Source of the DNA: Candidatus Acidiferrum sp.
GTDB taxonomy: Bacteria; Acidobacteriota; Terriglobia; Acidiferrales; UBA7541
NCBI GenBank assembly: GCA_041478205.1
Contig: JBGOVR010000001.1
Span: 5,583-69,582, forward strand
Direction: 5' to 3'
Length of the DNA: 64,000 nt
Every line of letters starts with the position of its first letter. Position 1 is the stretch's first letter. The translations under genes were made by a program, and so were the position numbers. Below, piece by piece: positions 1 to 9,525 of the stretch. Below the pieces are notes generated by a model, which was not told the origin of the DNA, did no database searches, and saw only the letters and a list, made by a program, of their open reading frames with translations.

Positions 1-2966
1 GGGCAGCCCGCACCCGTCGTTGGGTCGCACAGGGGCGAAGAGAAAGGCCGAAGCCCTACGAGGGTGATTCCGTTGGGGCCGATGGTGGTGCCGGCGGGAA
101 TGACTTTTGTCGGGCCATAGGGCAAATGCAAATCGACTGGCAAAACGGTGCCACCAGGGATCGAGAAAGAGCTATCCGCGAAAAATGGGCCGCAAGTCCC
201 ACCCCCAAGGATCGAGTTCAGGTCAAGACAAGTCTGCGGATTGCCCGGATTGAGATCTTGGGTAGCTAAGAGGCGATGACCTTGCCTGCCGACGTAGGCG
301 ACCTGGAGAACCAAGTCTTTCGCAACTTCGCGCTGGATGGTCAGGTTGTATTGTTCCGCGTACTGCGTGCGCGGGGTCTTGGCCGCTTGTCCGAATAGAA
401 GAATCGGGCGGAACAACGACCAGTCCACAGGCTGCCCGCGCGGCGGGTTCAGGATGCCGTTAAACGGGTTGGGGAACGTAGTGGCGCCATCCTGGCTCAG
501 GAACGGCGTGTTGAACTGCGTGTTGAAGAGGAACGTGCTGCCACCGAACGGCGGCTCGGCGCTGAACTGTTCCAACACCAACTGTTCGACGGGGTTATAA
601 AAAATGCCATAGCCCGAGCGAATGCTCGTTTTCCCGGGACCACCGAAGAGTTTGCCCCAAAAGCCGTCTTTCGCATTGGGGCTCCATGCCAAACCGATTC
701 TCGGCGCAAAGGACTTGTAGTAGGTGTCCGACAGCCCGTTCGGAATACCTTTGTCTCCGGGAACCACGAGACCCACCGGAGTCACGCCGGTATTGTTGCA
801 GTCGTTGACGCCCGGACTGAAAAGCGGGCTCAGCGCGGACAGTTGACACGGGAAAACCGTGGAAACCTGCCCCGGACGGAAAGTCTGTACTTTCTGTCCG
901 GCGTCGGCCAGCGGCGTGTTCAATTCCCACCGCATGCCGTAATTCAAGGTGACGTTGGGTTTGATCTTCCAGCTATCCTGCGCGAACAGATACACGGACT
1001 TACTGCGAACCAGTTCATGCTGCGCGGAGCCCTGCCCGTATTCGTCCGGTACCCCCAGAAGATAGTTGGGGAATAGATTTTGATACCCGGGATCGTTGGG
1101 GCCTCCACCGAAGTAGAAATACTGGCCGCTGATGTCGAAAAAAAGCTCCTGATCGAATCTCTGGTAGCGCACGTCCCCGCCAAATTTGATGTCGTGTCTC
1201 CCGATCGTCTTGCTGAAGTTGTCCGACCATTGGTAGGTGTCGCCACTCTGAGGCAGTTCGCCCTCAAAGTTGTTCCCCAGAGTGAACCCTCCGGAAATGT
1301 TGACGAATGGCACGCCTTCGCGGCTGGCGCCGAGACCCGGGTGAATGCCAAGGTCCGGATTGTTGGGGTCTGCAAAACAGTTTGCGGTTGGTACCGTTGC
1401 GCAGGAATCGTGCACCGAGGCGGTGTGTTGTGGATGCAAAAAGGTTCCCTGGCCTTCGCGGAAGAACGTGAACCGCGCCTCATTTACAGCTGTGGTACCC
1501 AGGGTCCAAGTGTGGCTCACGTTGAGCTGCTGAACGCGCTCATCGGTGAGGTCGCCAAATCCGGGCAGGTCCGCGCCGCCGGACTGAAATCGCGCAAACG
1601 GCTTGGCCAGATAGTGCTGCGTAAAATAATAGTAGCCGCTCAGGCGCTGGTTTTTCGTCAGCTCGTGATCGATCTTGACAGTGAACTGGTTGGAGCGCTC
1701 GTGGCCTAGCGGCACAGATTGAAAGATGCTGCCGCCGCCGGAGGTCGCGTGCGGCACGTATTTATTGAGCAAATCCGTCGCCGTGGTATCCATGCAGGCC
1801 GTGGGAATCTGATTGCCCGGGAAGACGGTTGCATAGGCGGTGCCGTCCGCAATCGGCGCACCCAGCCCCAGAGCAGTCAAACACCCCGGGCGGCTGTTGA
1901 GGATCTTGGCATTCGCCAGCGTTCCGGAAAATGCCGGGCCCGCAGAGAAGTCGCCGGTGCGCTCCGCATCCGTCGGCACCGTAACGGTATCGGACGAAGT
2001 TCCCTTGCGGATGCGGTCGCCTTCGTACGAGGCGAAAAAGAACGTCCGGTCTTTCTTAATCGGCCCGCCGAAGGTGCCCCCGAACTGGTTCTGCAAATAA
2101 TCCAACTTTTGCGAGTCGAAAAATCCCTTGGCATTCAATCCTTGGTTCCGGAAAAACTCATAGAGATTGCCATGAAAATTGTTGGTGCCGGATTTTGTGA
2201 CGACGTTAACTACTGCTCCGGCGTTGCGCCCGTACTCCGCGTCGAAGGTATTGGTCAAAACACGAAATTCGGAGATGGCATCCGGAGAAGGCTGGATCGC
2301 CGGGAGTCCCGCGAACTGATCGTTGCCGTCGCCGCCATTCACGGTAAAGTTGTTGTCGCGCCCGCGGCCGCCGTTCACGCTGACCACGCCCGCGCGGTCG
2401 CTCCCATAGACGCTGTCCAGGCCGACTTGTGACTGCACCCCGGGCTGCAGTTGCAGCAATTGATAGGTATCGCGCTGCGCCAGCGGCAACTGGCTGATCG
2501 CGCGCTCGCCCACCACCGCGCCTAGTTGCGTCGAGGTCGTATCCACAAGTGGCGGGGCTCCGGTCACTTCGACGGTTTCCGTCGATCCTCCCACCTGCAA
2601 TAACACGTCCACGGAGACCACGCCGTTCAATTCGACGGTCACGTCCTTGTGTAAGTATTTCTTGAAACCCGGCTGATCGATCTGTATTCGATAGGTTCCG
2701 ACCGGCACTTCCAGAAAGATGTATTCTCCGGTCGCACTGGTCTGGGTGTCGCGGACGCTGCCGTTTCCCTCGCTGACGATAACCACTTTCGCGGCGACCA
2801 CAGCGCCGCCGCTGGCGTCGATCACCGTGCCGCGGATGCGGCCACCGGTACTCTGCGCATTCGTAAACGGCGCAGCTAGAAGGATCGCAAGAGCGAATGC
2901 CGAAAGGCAAAGAATGTGCCAGGTGTCGAGCGAGAGCCTCTGCCAACGACCACGAGTAACGTTCAT
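1..2966 (-). CDS. TonB-dependent receptor, Oar-like, with N-terminal carboxypeptidase-regulatory-like domain (partial, runs off the window start)
   Basis: Absent from the ORF track, presumably because no stop lies in the window. Manual translation from ATG 2966 (RBS GAGG) gives a signal peptide, then QSTGGRIRGTVIDASGGAV, SEFRVLTNTFDAEYGRNAGAVVNVVTKSGTNNFHG and NQFGGTFGGPIKKDRTFFF. FAQDSWKIKPNVTLNYGMRWE (~986) and FAPRIGLAWSP (~710) are in the same frame. Confidence 0.93.
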   Translation of the reverse strand, partial: MNVTRGRWQRLSLDTWHILCLSAFALAILLAAPFTNAQSTGGRIRGTVIDASGGAVVAAKVVIVSEGNGSVRDTQTSATGEYIFLEVPVGTYRIQIDQPGFKKYLHKDVTVELNGVVSVDVLLQVGGSTETVEVTGAPPLVDTTSTQLGAVVGERAISQLPLAQRDTYQLLQLQPGVQSQVGLDSVYGSDRAGVVSVNGGRGRDNNFTVNGGDGNDQFAGLPAIQPSPDAISEFRVLTNTFDAEYGRNAGAVVNVVTKSGTNNFHGNLYEFFRNQGLNAKGFFDSQKLDYLQNQFGGTFGGPIKKDRTFFFASYEGDRIRKGTSSDTVTVPTDAERTGDFSAGPAFSGTLANAKILNSRPGCLTALGLGAPIADGTAYATVFPGNQIPTACMDTTATDLLNKYVPHATSGGGSIFQSVPLGHERSNQFTVKIDHELTKNQRLSGYYYFTQHYLAKPFARFQSGGADLPGFGDLTDERVQQLNVSHTWTLGTTAVNEARFTFFREGQGTFLHPQHTASVHDSCATVPTANCFADPNNPDLGIHPGLGASREGVPFVNISGGFTLGNNFEGELPQSGDTYQWSDNFSKTIGRHDIKFGGDVRYQRFDQELFFDISGQYFYFGGGPNDPGYQNLFPNYLLGVPDEYGQGSAQHELVRSKSVYLFAQDSWKIKPNVTLNYGMRWELNTPLADAGQKVQTFRPGQVSTVFPCQLSALSPLFSPGVNDCNNTGVTPVGLVVPGDKGIPNGLSDTYYKSFAPRIGLAWSPNAKDGFWGKLFGGPGKTSIRSGYGIFYNPVEQLVLEQFSAEPPFGGSTFLFNTQFNTPFLSQDGATTFPNPFNGILNPPRGQPVDWSLFRPILLFGQAAKTPRTQYAEQYNLTIQREVAKDLVLQVAYVGRQGHRLLATQDLNPGNPQTCLDLNSILGGGTCGPFFADSSFSIPGGTVLPVDLHLPYGPTKVIPAGTTIGPNGITLVGLRPFSSPLCDPTTGAGC

Positions 2967-3017
2967 GACCTCACCCCTTATCGCAACAAACATTTTTGTT
3001 CCACTGATTCTTCGAGG

Positions 3018-3046
3018 TTGCTGCGCCCCTGAAACCTTACTATAAT
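3018..3046 (+). promoter_or_regulatory. sigma70-type promoter for the regulator/amidohydrolase/pot operon
   Basis: TTGCTG (3018-3023), 17 bp spacer, TATAAT (3041-3046). Confidence 0.6.
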
Positions 3047-3052
3047 CCAGCA

Positions 3053-3081
3053 AACTTAGAGAAAGCCGGGACTCATGTCAA
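3053..3081 (-). promoter_or_regulatory. sigma70-type promoter for the TonB receptor
   Basis: Minus strand TTGACA (3081-3076), 17 bp spacer, TAAGTT (3058-3053). Confidence 0.55.
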
Positions 3082-3905
3082 GCGGAAAGAATTTATCCGA
3101 CAGAACGGTGAGACTCAAACAGGGGCGCATGCTGCGCATCAGTCAAGTGGCGCGTCGCATCGGCATTTCGTCCTCCGCACTGCGCGCTTGGGAAGCGCTC
3201 GGGCTCGTCGCTCCGCAGCGTACCGCAAGCCGCTACCGCCTTTACACGGAAGCCGATGTGCGGCTGCTGCAGCGCGCCCTTTTTCTGCGGCGTGCGCGGG
3301 GCCTGAATCCTGCGGCGATCGTGCACGTGCTGAAACGCCAGGGCATCGTCTCCGCGCCGGCGGAGGTGGCGTTGCTGCCCGGGCAACGATTTCGCCGGTT
3401 GCGCACACAGCGCGGCCTCTCCCTCGCGCAAGTTGCGCAAGCCACGGGCGTATCGATCGGTTTCCTCAGCGCGCTCGAGCGCGGCCAGATGCGCTCTTCG
3501 ATCGCAACGCTGCGGCGCATTGCGCGCTACTACCGTACAAATATCCTTTCCCTTTTTGAGACGGCGGGAGAGAATCCTCGCCTCGTGCGCCCGGAACACA
3601 GAAAAATCTTGGAGACCACGCCTGGCGTACGGATGGAGCTGCTAGCGTGGGGCAACACCGCGATGGAGCCCCATCTCTTTCGCGTGAAACCCAATGGCGG
3701 GAGCGGTGAATCGTACGCTCACGAAGGCGAAGAGTTTCTGCACATTTTGCGCGGAGAATTTGAAATCTGGCTCAACAGCAAGGAGCACTACCGGCTTAAG
3801 ACCGGCGACAGCCTGTATTTTGAAAGTTCAACGCCGCATCGGTGGAGGAATCCTGGCCGCACGGAGACGTGTTTGCTGTGGATCAACACGCCACCGACAT
3901 TCTAG
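3075..3905 (+). CDS. Transcriptional regulator: MerR HTH + XRE HTH + cupin (PuuR-like C-terminal part); real start may be ATG 3129
   Basis: MerR motif ISQVARRIGISSSALRAWEALGLV..R..SRYRLY; XRE motif LSLAQVAQATGVSIGFLSALERG; cupin motif YAHEGEEF...GDSLYFESSTPHRWRN. Confidence 0.9.
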   Translation: MSSGKNLSDRTVRLKQGRMLRISQVARRIGISSSALRAWEALGLVAPQRTASRYRLYTEADVRLLQRALFLRRARGLNPAAIVHVLKRQGIVSAPAEVALLPGQRFRRLRTQRGLSLAQVAQATGVSIGFLSALERGQMRSSIATLRRIARYYRTNILSLFETAGENPRLVRPEHRKILETTPGVRMELLAWGNTAMEPHLFRVKPNGGSGESYAHEGEEFLHILRGEFEIWLNSKEHYRLKTGDSLYFESSTPHRWRNPGRTETCLLWINTPPTF

Positions 3906-3958
3906 TGTCGGAGACGCATGAAGAATGGCGGATATTTTATTTTCTTTTTGAGGTGTTC

Positions 3959-5677
3959 ATGAAAAACCGGCTCATCGCTCGGGAAATTCTTGGTGTCGTA
4001 ACTCTTCTCGTCGCCACTGCGACGGCCTTTGGCCAATCCGCCAAGGAGCCTGTGGCGGACTTGATCGTCGTGCACGGCAAGGTCTATACGGTGAATGCCA
4101 AGCATCCATGGGCGCAAGCCGTGGCCGTGCGCGGCGGAAAAATCGTTGCAGTTGGAGACGACGCCGAGATCGATAAACTCCGGAGTCCCGGAACGAAGGT
4201 AATCGACGCCGGAGGGCGCCTGGTCCTGCCTGGATTCGTGGATTGCCACGTTCATTTCTTGGATGGCTCGCTGAGTCTCGGTCGCGTGAATCTTGAAGGC
4301 GCAAAGGACCCCGCCGAGATCCAGCAAAAATTGCGCGAATATGCCGCGAAGCATCCAGGCACCGATTGGATCCTGGGGCGCGGCTGGAACTACGCCATGT
4401 TTGGCGCCGCCGCGCTGCCGCACAAGAAATATCTCGACGAGATATTTCCGGACCGGCCCGTTTTTCTCGAAGGGTATGACGGCCACACGTACTGGGCGAA
4501 CTCGAAGGCGCTTACGCTGGCTGGAATCACGAACGAAACGCCCGACCCGCCGAATGGCGCGATCGTTCGCGATCCGGCAACACGAGAAGCGACCGGCGCG
4601 CTGAAAGAATCGGCGGGAGACTTGGTCGCGAAGATCGTCCCGAAGCCTACCCGCGGCGAAAAACTCGCAGCTTTGCGCGCTGGGATGAAATGGGCGAATG
4701 AACACGGGCTCACGCGGGTCCACAGCGCCGGGGGCGACTTCGAAGAATTGGACCTCTACGACGAACTGCGGCGCCACGGAGATCAGACCGTCCGCTTCTA
4801 CGTCGCCTATTTCCTGGATCCGCCGCTACTTCGCCAGCAGGATCTCGACGCGATCGAGGCGGCGCGCAAGAAATATCACGACGACTGGATCGATACCAAC
4901 GCGGTGAAAATGATGGTCGATGGCGTCGTCGAGTCGCACACCGCAGCAATGCTCGATCCCTACAGCGATGACCCTTCGACCAAAGGGAAGCTGTTCTGGG
5001 ATCCGCAGAAGTACGCGGCTGCGGTCGCCGAACTCGATAAGCGTGGCTTACAGCTTTTTACCCATGCCATCGGCGATTACGGCGTGCGAACGGCACTCGA
5101 CGCCTACGAAAACGCCGAGAAGGTGAATCGCACCCAGGACCGGCGGCCGCGCATCGAGCACATCGAAACGATTACTGCCGCCGACATTCCGCGTTTTGGA
5201 AAGCTCGGCGTCATTGCCAGCATGCAGCCGTTGCATTCCTATCCGGATGCCGACACGCTGGACGTCTGGGCGCGCAACGCGGGTCCCGATCGGGCGTCGC
5301 GCGCGTGGGTATGGAAGAGCATCGCAACGGCGGGCGGACGACTGGCCTTCGGCAGCGATTGGCCCGTGGTGACGCTGAATCCATGGGAAGGCGTGCAGAC
5401 CGCCGTAACGCGCCAGACGACCGAAGGCAAGCCTGAGGCGGGCTTCGTGCCGGAACAGCGGTTGACGGTCACGGAAACGATACAAGGCTACACTCTCGGA
5501 GCCGCCTATGCCGGAAGGCGCGAAAAGACCGAAGGTTCGATTGAATCAGGCAAACTCGCCGACCTGATTATTCTTTCCCAGAATTTGTTTGAGGTCGATC
5601 CACATCGGCTCGCCGAAACAAAAGTCTTTACCACCATCGCGGGCGGACGAGTGGTCTACCAGTCCGACGCCAGGTAA
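3959..5677 (+). CDS. Exported metal-dependent amidohydrolase (YtcJ-like / amidohydro_3)
   Basis: RBS GAGGTG before ATG 3959; signal peptide; motifs PGFVDCHVH, HAIGD, RIEH, GSDWPV, GKLADL. Confidence 0.92.
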   Translation: MKNRLIAREILGVVTLLVATATAFGQSAKEPVADLIVVHGKVYTVNAKHPWAQAVAVRGGKIVAVGDDAEIDKLRSPGTKVIDAGGRLVLPGFVDCHVHFLDGSLSLGRVNLEGAKDPAEIQQKLREYAAKHPGTDWILGRGWNYAMFGAAALPHKKYLDEIFPDRPVFLEGYDGHTYWANSKALTLAGITNETPDPPNGAIVRDPATREATGALKESAGDLVAKIVPKPTRGEKLAALRAGMKWANEHGLTRVHSAGGDFEELDLYDELRRHGDQTVRFYVAYFLDPPLLRQQDLDAIEAARKKYHDDWIDTNAVKMMVDGVVESHTAAMLDPYSDDPSTKGKLFWDPQKYAAAVAELDKRGLQLFTHAIGDYGVRTALDAYENAEKVNRTQDRRPRIEHIETITAADIPRFGKLGVIASMQPLHSYPDADTLDVWARNAGPDRASRAWVWKSIATAGGRLAFGSDWPVVTLNPWEGVQTAVTRQTTEGKPEAGFVPEQRLTVTETIQGYTLGAAYAGRREKTEGSIESGKLADLIILSQNLFEVDPHRLAETKVFTTIAGGRVVYQSDAR

Positions 5678-6753
5678 TGCAGGGGAAAAAAATGAACCGA
5701 CGCTCGCTGCTCTTGGGAACCCTGGCACTCGCTATGGCGTGTGGCGCCTGCCGGCAAAGAGAAGAGACGTTGAGCCTGCTGGTTTGGGAAGGCTATGCGG
5801 ATCCGTCGTTCGTGCACACTTTTGAAGAAGCTCATCACTGCAAAGTCGTTGCGTCGTACATGGGCTCTAGCGATGAGCTGGTCGCGAAACTGCGCGGCGG
5901 GAGCGCCGCGAACTACGATGTGATCTCGCCATCGAGCGACGTCGCTACCTCGATCGTTCGCGCGAGACTCGCCGCGCCTCTCGATTTATCGAAGATTCCT
6001 TCTTATGACCAGCTTTCACTTAAGTTGCGCGATTCTCCGCTGGTGAAGGCCAACGGACAGACCTACGGTGTGCCGTTCGTTTGGGGGCCGAATCCGCTGC
6101 TCTACGATACAACGGCCTTCGCGCAGCCGCCGGATTCCTGGAGCGTCCTTTGGGAGCCCAAATACAAAGGAAAAATCTCGCTCTGGGATGAACTCTCGAG
6201 TGTGTATGTGGCCGCGCAGGTGCTGGGCTTCGACAAGCCCGATCCCAGCCAACTTTACAACCTGAGTGACGCACAGCTCGAAGCGGTGAAGAAGAAGCTC
6301 ATCGAGCTCAAGCCGAATATCCGCAAGTATTGGTCCACCGGCGGCGAACTGACAAATCTTTTCCAAAACCACGAAATCATCGCGGCGATGGGCTGGCCGC
6401 TGATGACCAACCAACTCCGCAAGCTCAACTACCCCATCGGCGAGACCATCCCCAAAGAAAACACCACGGGATGGATCGATCACCTGATGATCACCGCGGC
6501 AAGCGCGCACAGGGAGCTCGCGCAAGCGTTTCTGGAATACATGGTCGAGGCGCAAACGCAGAAGCTCGTCACCGACGTGACCCACTACACCCCAGCGAAT
6601 CCCGGAACTGCGCAACTTCTTACCCTGGAAGAGAAGAAGAGCCTCCATTTAGATGATCCCGACGAATATATGAAGCGAATTTATTTCTGGCAGGACGTGC
6701 CGCGTCGCCCGAAGTACACCGAAATCTGGAACGAGGTAAAGAACGCCCAGTGA
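5677..6753 (+). CDS. potD: Polyamine ABC transporter substrate-binding lipoprotein (PotD/PotF family)
   Basis: Lipoprotein-like N-terminus with Cys; [36 protein letters not shown]; first gene of a pot-type operon. Confidence 0.85.
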   Translation: MQGKKMNRRSLLLGTLALAMACGACRQREETLSLLVWEGYADPSFVHTFEEAHHCKVVASYMGSSDELVAKLRGGSAANYDVISPSSDVATSIVRARLAAPLDLSKIPSYDQLSLKLRDSPLVKANGQTYGVPFVWGPNPLLYDTTAFAQPPDSWSVLWEPKYKGKISLWDELSSVYVAAQVLGFDKPDPSQLYNLSDAQLEAVKKKLIELKPNIRKYWSTGGELTNLFQNHEIIAAMGWPLMTNQLRKLNYPIGETIPKENTTGWIDHLMITAASAHRELAQAFLEYMVEAQTQKLVTDVTHYTPANPGTAQLLTLEEKKSLHLDDPDEYMKRIYFWQDVPRRPKYTEIWNEVKNAQ

Positions 6754-7829
6754 GCTCTCCCAGCGCCATTTCAGTGCGGGATGCTGGTGTTGCTGGCGCT
6801 GTGCTCCTCGAAGTTCGAGCGGTGGCCAAGCGTTTTGGGCCGCGCGAAGTACTCAAGAAGATCTCGCTGGAGATTGCCCCGGGCGAATTCCTCACACTTC
6901 TTGGCGAGAGCGGCTCGGGCAAGACCACCTTGCTGCGGCTGATCGCCGGCTTCGAACAACCCACTTCCGGCGAAATCTGGATGAGCGGAGAGCGCCTCGA
7001 CACCTCGCCGGCCTACAAGCGGCGGGTCAACACGGTATTCCAACATTACGCGCTTTTTCCACATTTGAGCGTTCGAGACAACGTGGCCTACGGTCTTCGC
7101 GTCAAGAATACGCCGAAGAATGAAATTAGCGGTCGCGTGGACGAGGCGCTGCGCATGGTCAAGATGAACGAGTTCGCTGAAACGCGGCCCTCGAAACTCA
7201 GCGGCGGCCAGCAACAGCGCGTCGCATTGGCTCGAGCGCTGGTGAACCGCCCGCAGTTGTTGCTTTTGGACGAGCCACTGTCGGCGCTGGATGCGAACTT
7301 GCGCAAAGAAATGCAAGGCGAACTAAAGGTGCTTCAGCGCGAAATTGGGATCGCGTTTCTCTTCGTCACGCACGATCAAGAAGAGGCCATGGCCCTCTCC
7401 GATCGCATCGCGCTGCTCCGCGACGGGACGCTCGAGCAAATCGCCGCGCCACGCGAGATCTACGCGCATCCCGCCACGGCGTACACGGCGCAATTCATCG
7501 GACAGACCAACTTGCTCCGAGGCGACGTGCGCAGCGGCGTCGCCAGCTCTGGTGCGTTGCGCTGGGCAACTTCTGGGACCGACGGCGCCGCTCTCTATTC
7601 GCTTCGGCCAGAAGCCATCCAGCTTGCGATCGACGGCGCAACGGCAGCCAATGCAGTGTGTTTCCGCGCTGTGGTCCGCCAGCAAATCTATGGTGGCTCG
7701 AGCGAATTACTGGAAATCGACTGCGGCGGCAGCCAGGTGTTACGCGCACGAATTCCGGCGCGAGGACCGCTCAGCGGCGAGTACGAATTTACGTTTTCCG
7801 CCGGAGATGCCATTCGCCTCAGGGAATAG
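6750..7829 (+). CDS. potA: Polyamine ABC transporter ATP-binding protein
   Basis: Walker A GESGSGKT; [17 protein letters not shown]; [15 protein letters not shown]; [11 protein letters not shown]; VTHDQEEA; GTGA overlap with the upstream gene. Confidence 0.9.
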   Translation: MSSPSAISVRDAGVAGAVLLEVRAVAKRFGPREVLKKISLEIAPGEFLTLLGESGSGKTTLLRLIAGFEQPTSGEIWMSGERLDTSPAYKRRVNTVFQHYALFPHLSVRDNVAYGLRVKNTPKNEISGRVDEALRMVKMNEFAETRPSKLSGGQQQRVALARALVNRPQLLLLDEPLSALDANLRKEMQGELKVLQREIGIAFLFVTHDQEEAMALSDRIALLRDGTLEQIAAPREIYAHPATAYTAQFIGQTNLLRGDVRSGVASSGALRWATSGTDGAALYSLRPEAIQLAIDGATAANAVCFRAVVRQQIYGGSSELLEIDCGGSQVLRARIPARGPLSGEYEFTFSAGDAIRLRE

Positions 7830-7852
7830 CGGGCCGCTGGCTGACATTAATT

Positions 7853-8698
7853 ATGTACTCTCGCGCGTACAAGGCGATCGTTTCAGTCCCACCGCTGCTC
7901 TGGGTAGGTCTCTTCTTGCTGCTTCCCTACGCGCTTATGTTCGCGCACAGTTTCTGGACGGTCCGCGACGGATTCCTCGTCCACGAATGGAGTCTCCAGA
8001 ACTACCACAAGCTGCTCACGAATTCTCTCTACGTGGGAGTGCTTCTCCGCACGATGCGTATCGCGGCGTCCGTGACGCTGTGTTCTCTGTTGCTCGGTTA
8101 CCCACTCGCGTACTACTTGTCGTTCCATGCCGGCCCGCGTAAGGAACTTCTCTACCAACTCGTGATCGTGCCGCTCTGGGTGAGTTACCTCGTGCGCGGC
8201 TATGCGTGGAAAACAATCCTCGGCAGCGATGGCGTGTTAAATGGCTTCCTGCAATACCTGCATCTCACGCACGCGCCAGTCGGTTTCCTGCTATACAGCC
8301 CATTCGCAGTGGTGCTGATGCTCACGCACATCTACACTCCGTTCGTCTTCCTGCCGATCTACGCAGCTCTCGAGCACATCCCGCGGCCTCTCGTGGAAGC
8401 CTCGCAAGACCTCGGCGCCGGACAGCGCGCGACGTTTCTAAGAGTGATCCTTCCGCTCTCGATGCCGGGATTGCTCGCCGGTGCTACCTTCGCTTTCGTT
8501 CTCTCGCTCGGCGATTTCCTCGCGCCGCTGCTCGTCGGCGGTCCTTCCGGCACCATGATCGCCAACATCGTGCAAAGCCTCTTCGGCGCGGCATACGAGT
8601 GGCCCCTCGGCGCCGCCGTCTCCGTCTGCATTCTGCTGATCACGGTCTCGCTGCTCTTCCTGACCGAGCGCCTCGAGAAACGGTGGTCTTTCAAATGA
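7853..8698 (+). CDS. potB: Polyamine ABC transporter permease (PotB-like)
   Basis: GYPLAY, VPLWVSYLVR, EAA loop LVEASQDLGA, six hydrophobic segments. Confidence 0.88.
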   Translation: MYSRAYKAIVSVPPLLWVGLFLLLPYALMFAHSFWTVRDGFLVHEWSLQNYHKLLTNSLYVGVLLRTMRIAASVTLCSLLLGYPLAYYLSFHAGPRKELLYQLVIVPLWVSYLVRGYAWKTILGSDGVLNGFLQYLHLTHAPVGFLLYSPFAVVLMLTHIYTPFVFLPIYAALEHIPRPLVEASQDLGAGQRATFLRVILPLSMPGLLAGATFAFVLSLGDFLAPLLVGGPSGTMIANIVQSLFGAAYEWPLGAAVSVCILLITVSLLFLTERLEKRWSFK

Positions 8699-9516
8699 GT
8701 GGCGCCCGTTCAAATCAACGCGCCCCATTGCTCACGGTTTATGCCGCGCTCGTTTTTGCGTTTGTGTACCTGCCGATCGTCGTGCTCATCGCCTATTCCT
8801 TCAATCGCGATGGCGTCGGCGGCTTTCCTCCGCGGCATCTTACGCTCGATTGGTACCGCCAGTTGTTTGCGGACGGCGCCATCTGGGACGCCGTCGTAAA
8901 CAGCCTCCTCGTTGCCACAGGCAGCGTCGCGCTTTCTCTGACGCTCGGTCTGCTGGCCGCACTCGCCCTGGACCGCGCGAATTTCCCAGGTAACGCCCTC
9001 TTCCGACGCCTCGTCCTATTGCCGTTGATTCTCCCGGGCATCATCACCGGGCTCTCCCTGCTCATGTTTGCCGTATTCGCGGGAATGCCCCTCAGCCTGC
9101 TCACCGTATTTCTCGGCCACGGCACGGCCCTCATCTCCGTGGCCACGACCGAACTCTTCGCCGGCCTCCAGAAAATGGATCGCACCCAAGAAGAGGCTTC
9201 CCTCGACCTCGGTGCCACGCCATTTCAAACCTTCTGGCGCGTCACTCTCCCGAATCTCAAGCTTTCGCTCGTCGCCGCGGGTCTGCTTATTTTTACGCTT
9301 TCGATGGATGAAATCGCGGTCACGTTTTTCCTGATCGGCCGCGACAATACGCTGCCGCTGGAAATCTGGGGACGCCTCCGCCGCGGTATCACCCCGGAAA
9401 TCAACGCCATCTCGACGCTGATCTTCGCCGTTTCCGTCGGGCTGATTGTCATCTGGTATCGCGTGCGCACCCGGAGCGTCGCCGGCGAGGCGCAAGACCT
9501 TCTCGAGCGACCTTAG
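8695..9516 (+). CDS. potC: Polyamine ABC transporter permease (PotC-like)
   Basis: ATGA overlap with potB; YLPIVVLIAYSFN, TLDWY, EEASLDLGA, FTLSMDE, TLPLEIW, ITPEINA. Confidence 0.9.
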   Translation: MSGARSNQRAPLLTVYAALVFAFVYLPIVVLIAYSFNRDGVGGFPPRHLTLDWYRQLFADGAIWDAVVNSLLVATGSVALSLTLGLLAALALDRANFPGNALFRRLVLLPLILPGIITGLSLLMFAVFAGMPLSLLTVFLGHGTALISVATTELFAGLQKMDRTQEEASLDLGATPFQTFWRVTLPNLKLSLVAAGLLIFTLSMDEIAVTFFLIGRDNTLPLEIWGRLRRGITPEINAISTLIFAVSVGLIVIWYRVRTRSVAGEAQDLLERP

Positions 9517-9525
9517 GAGAGAGCC

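Noticed and set aside
337-3045. Several plus-strand ORFs (e.g. 1080-1709, 1719-2432)
   Set aside because: They are antisense shadows of the TonB receptor on the minus strand
7658-8694. Long N-terminal extensions of potB and potC in the ORF track
   Set aside because: They overlap upstream genes; ATG 7853 and ATG 8695 fit family lengths and translational coupling
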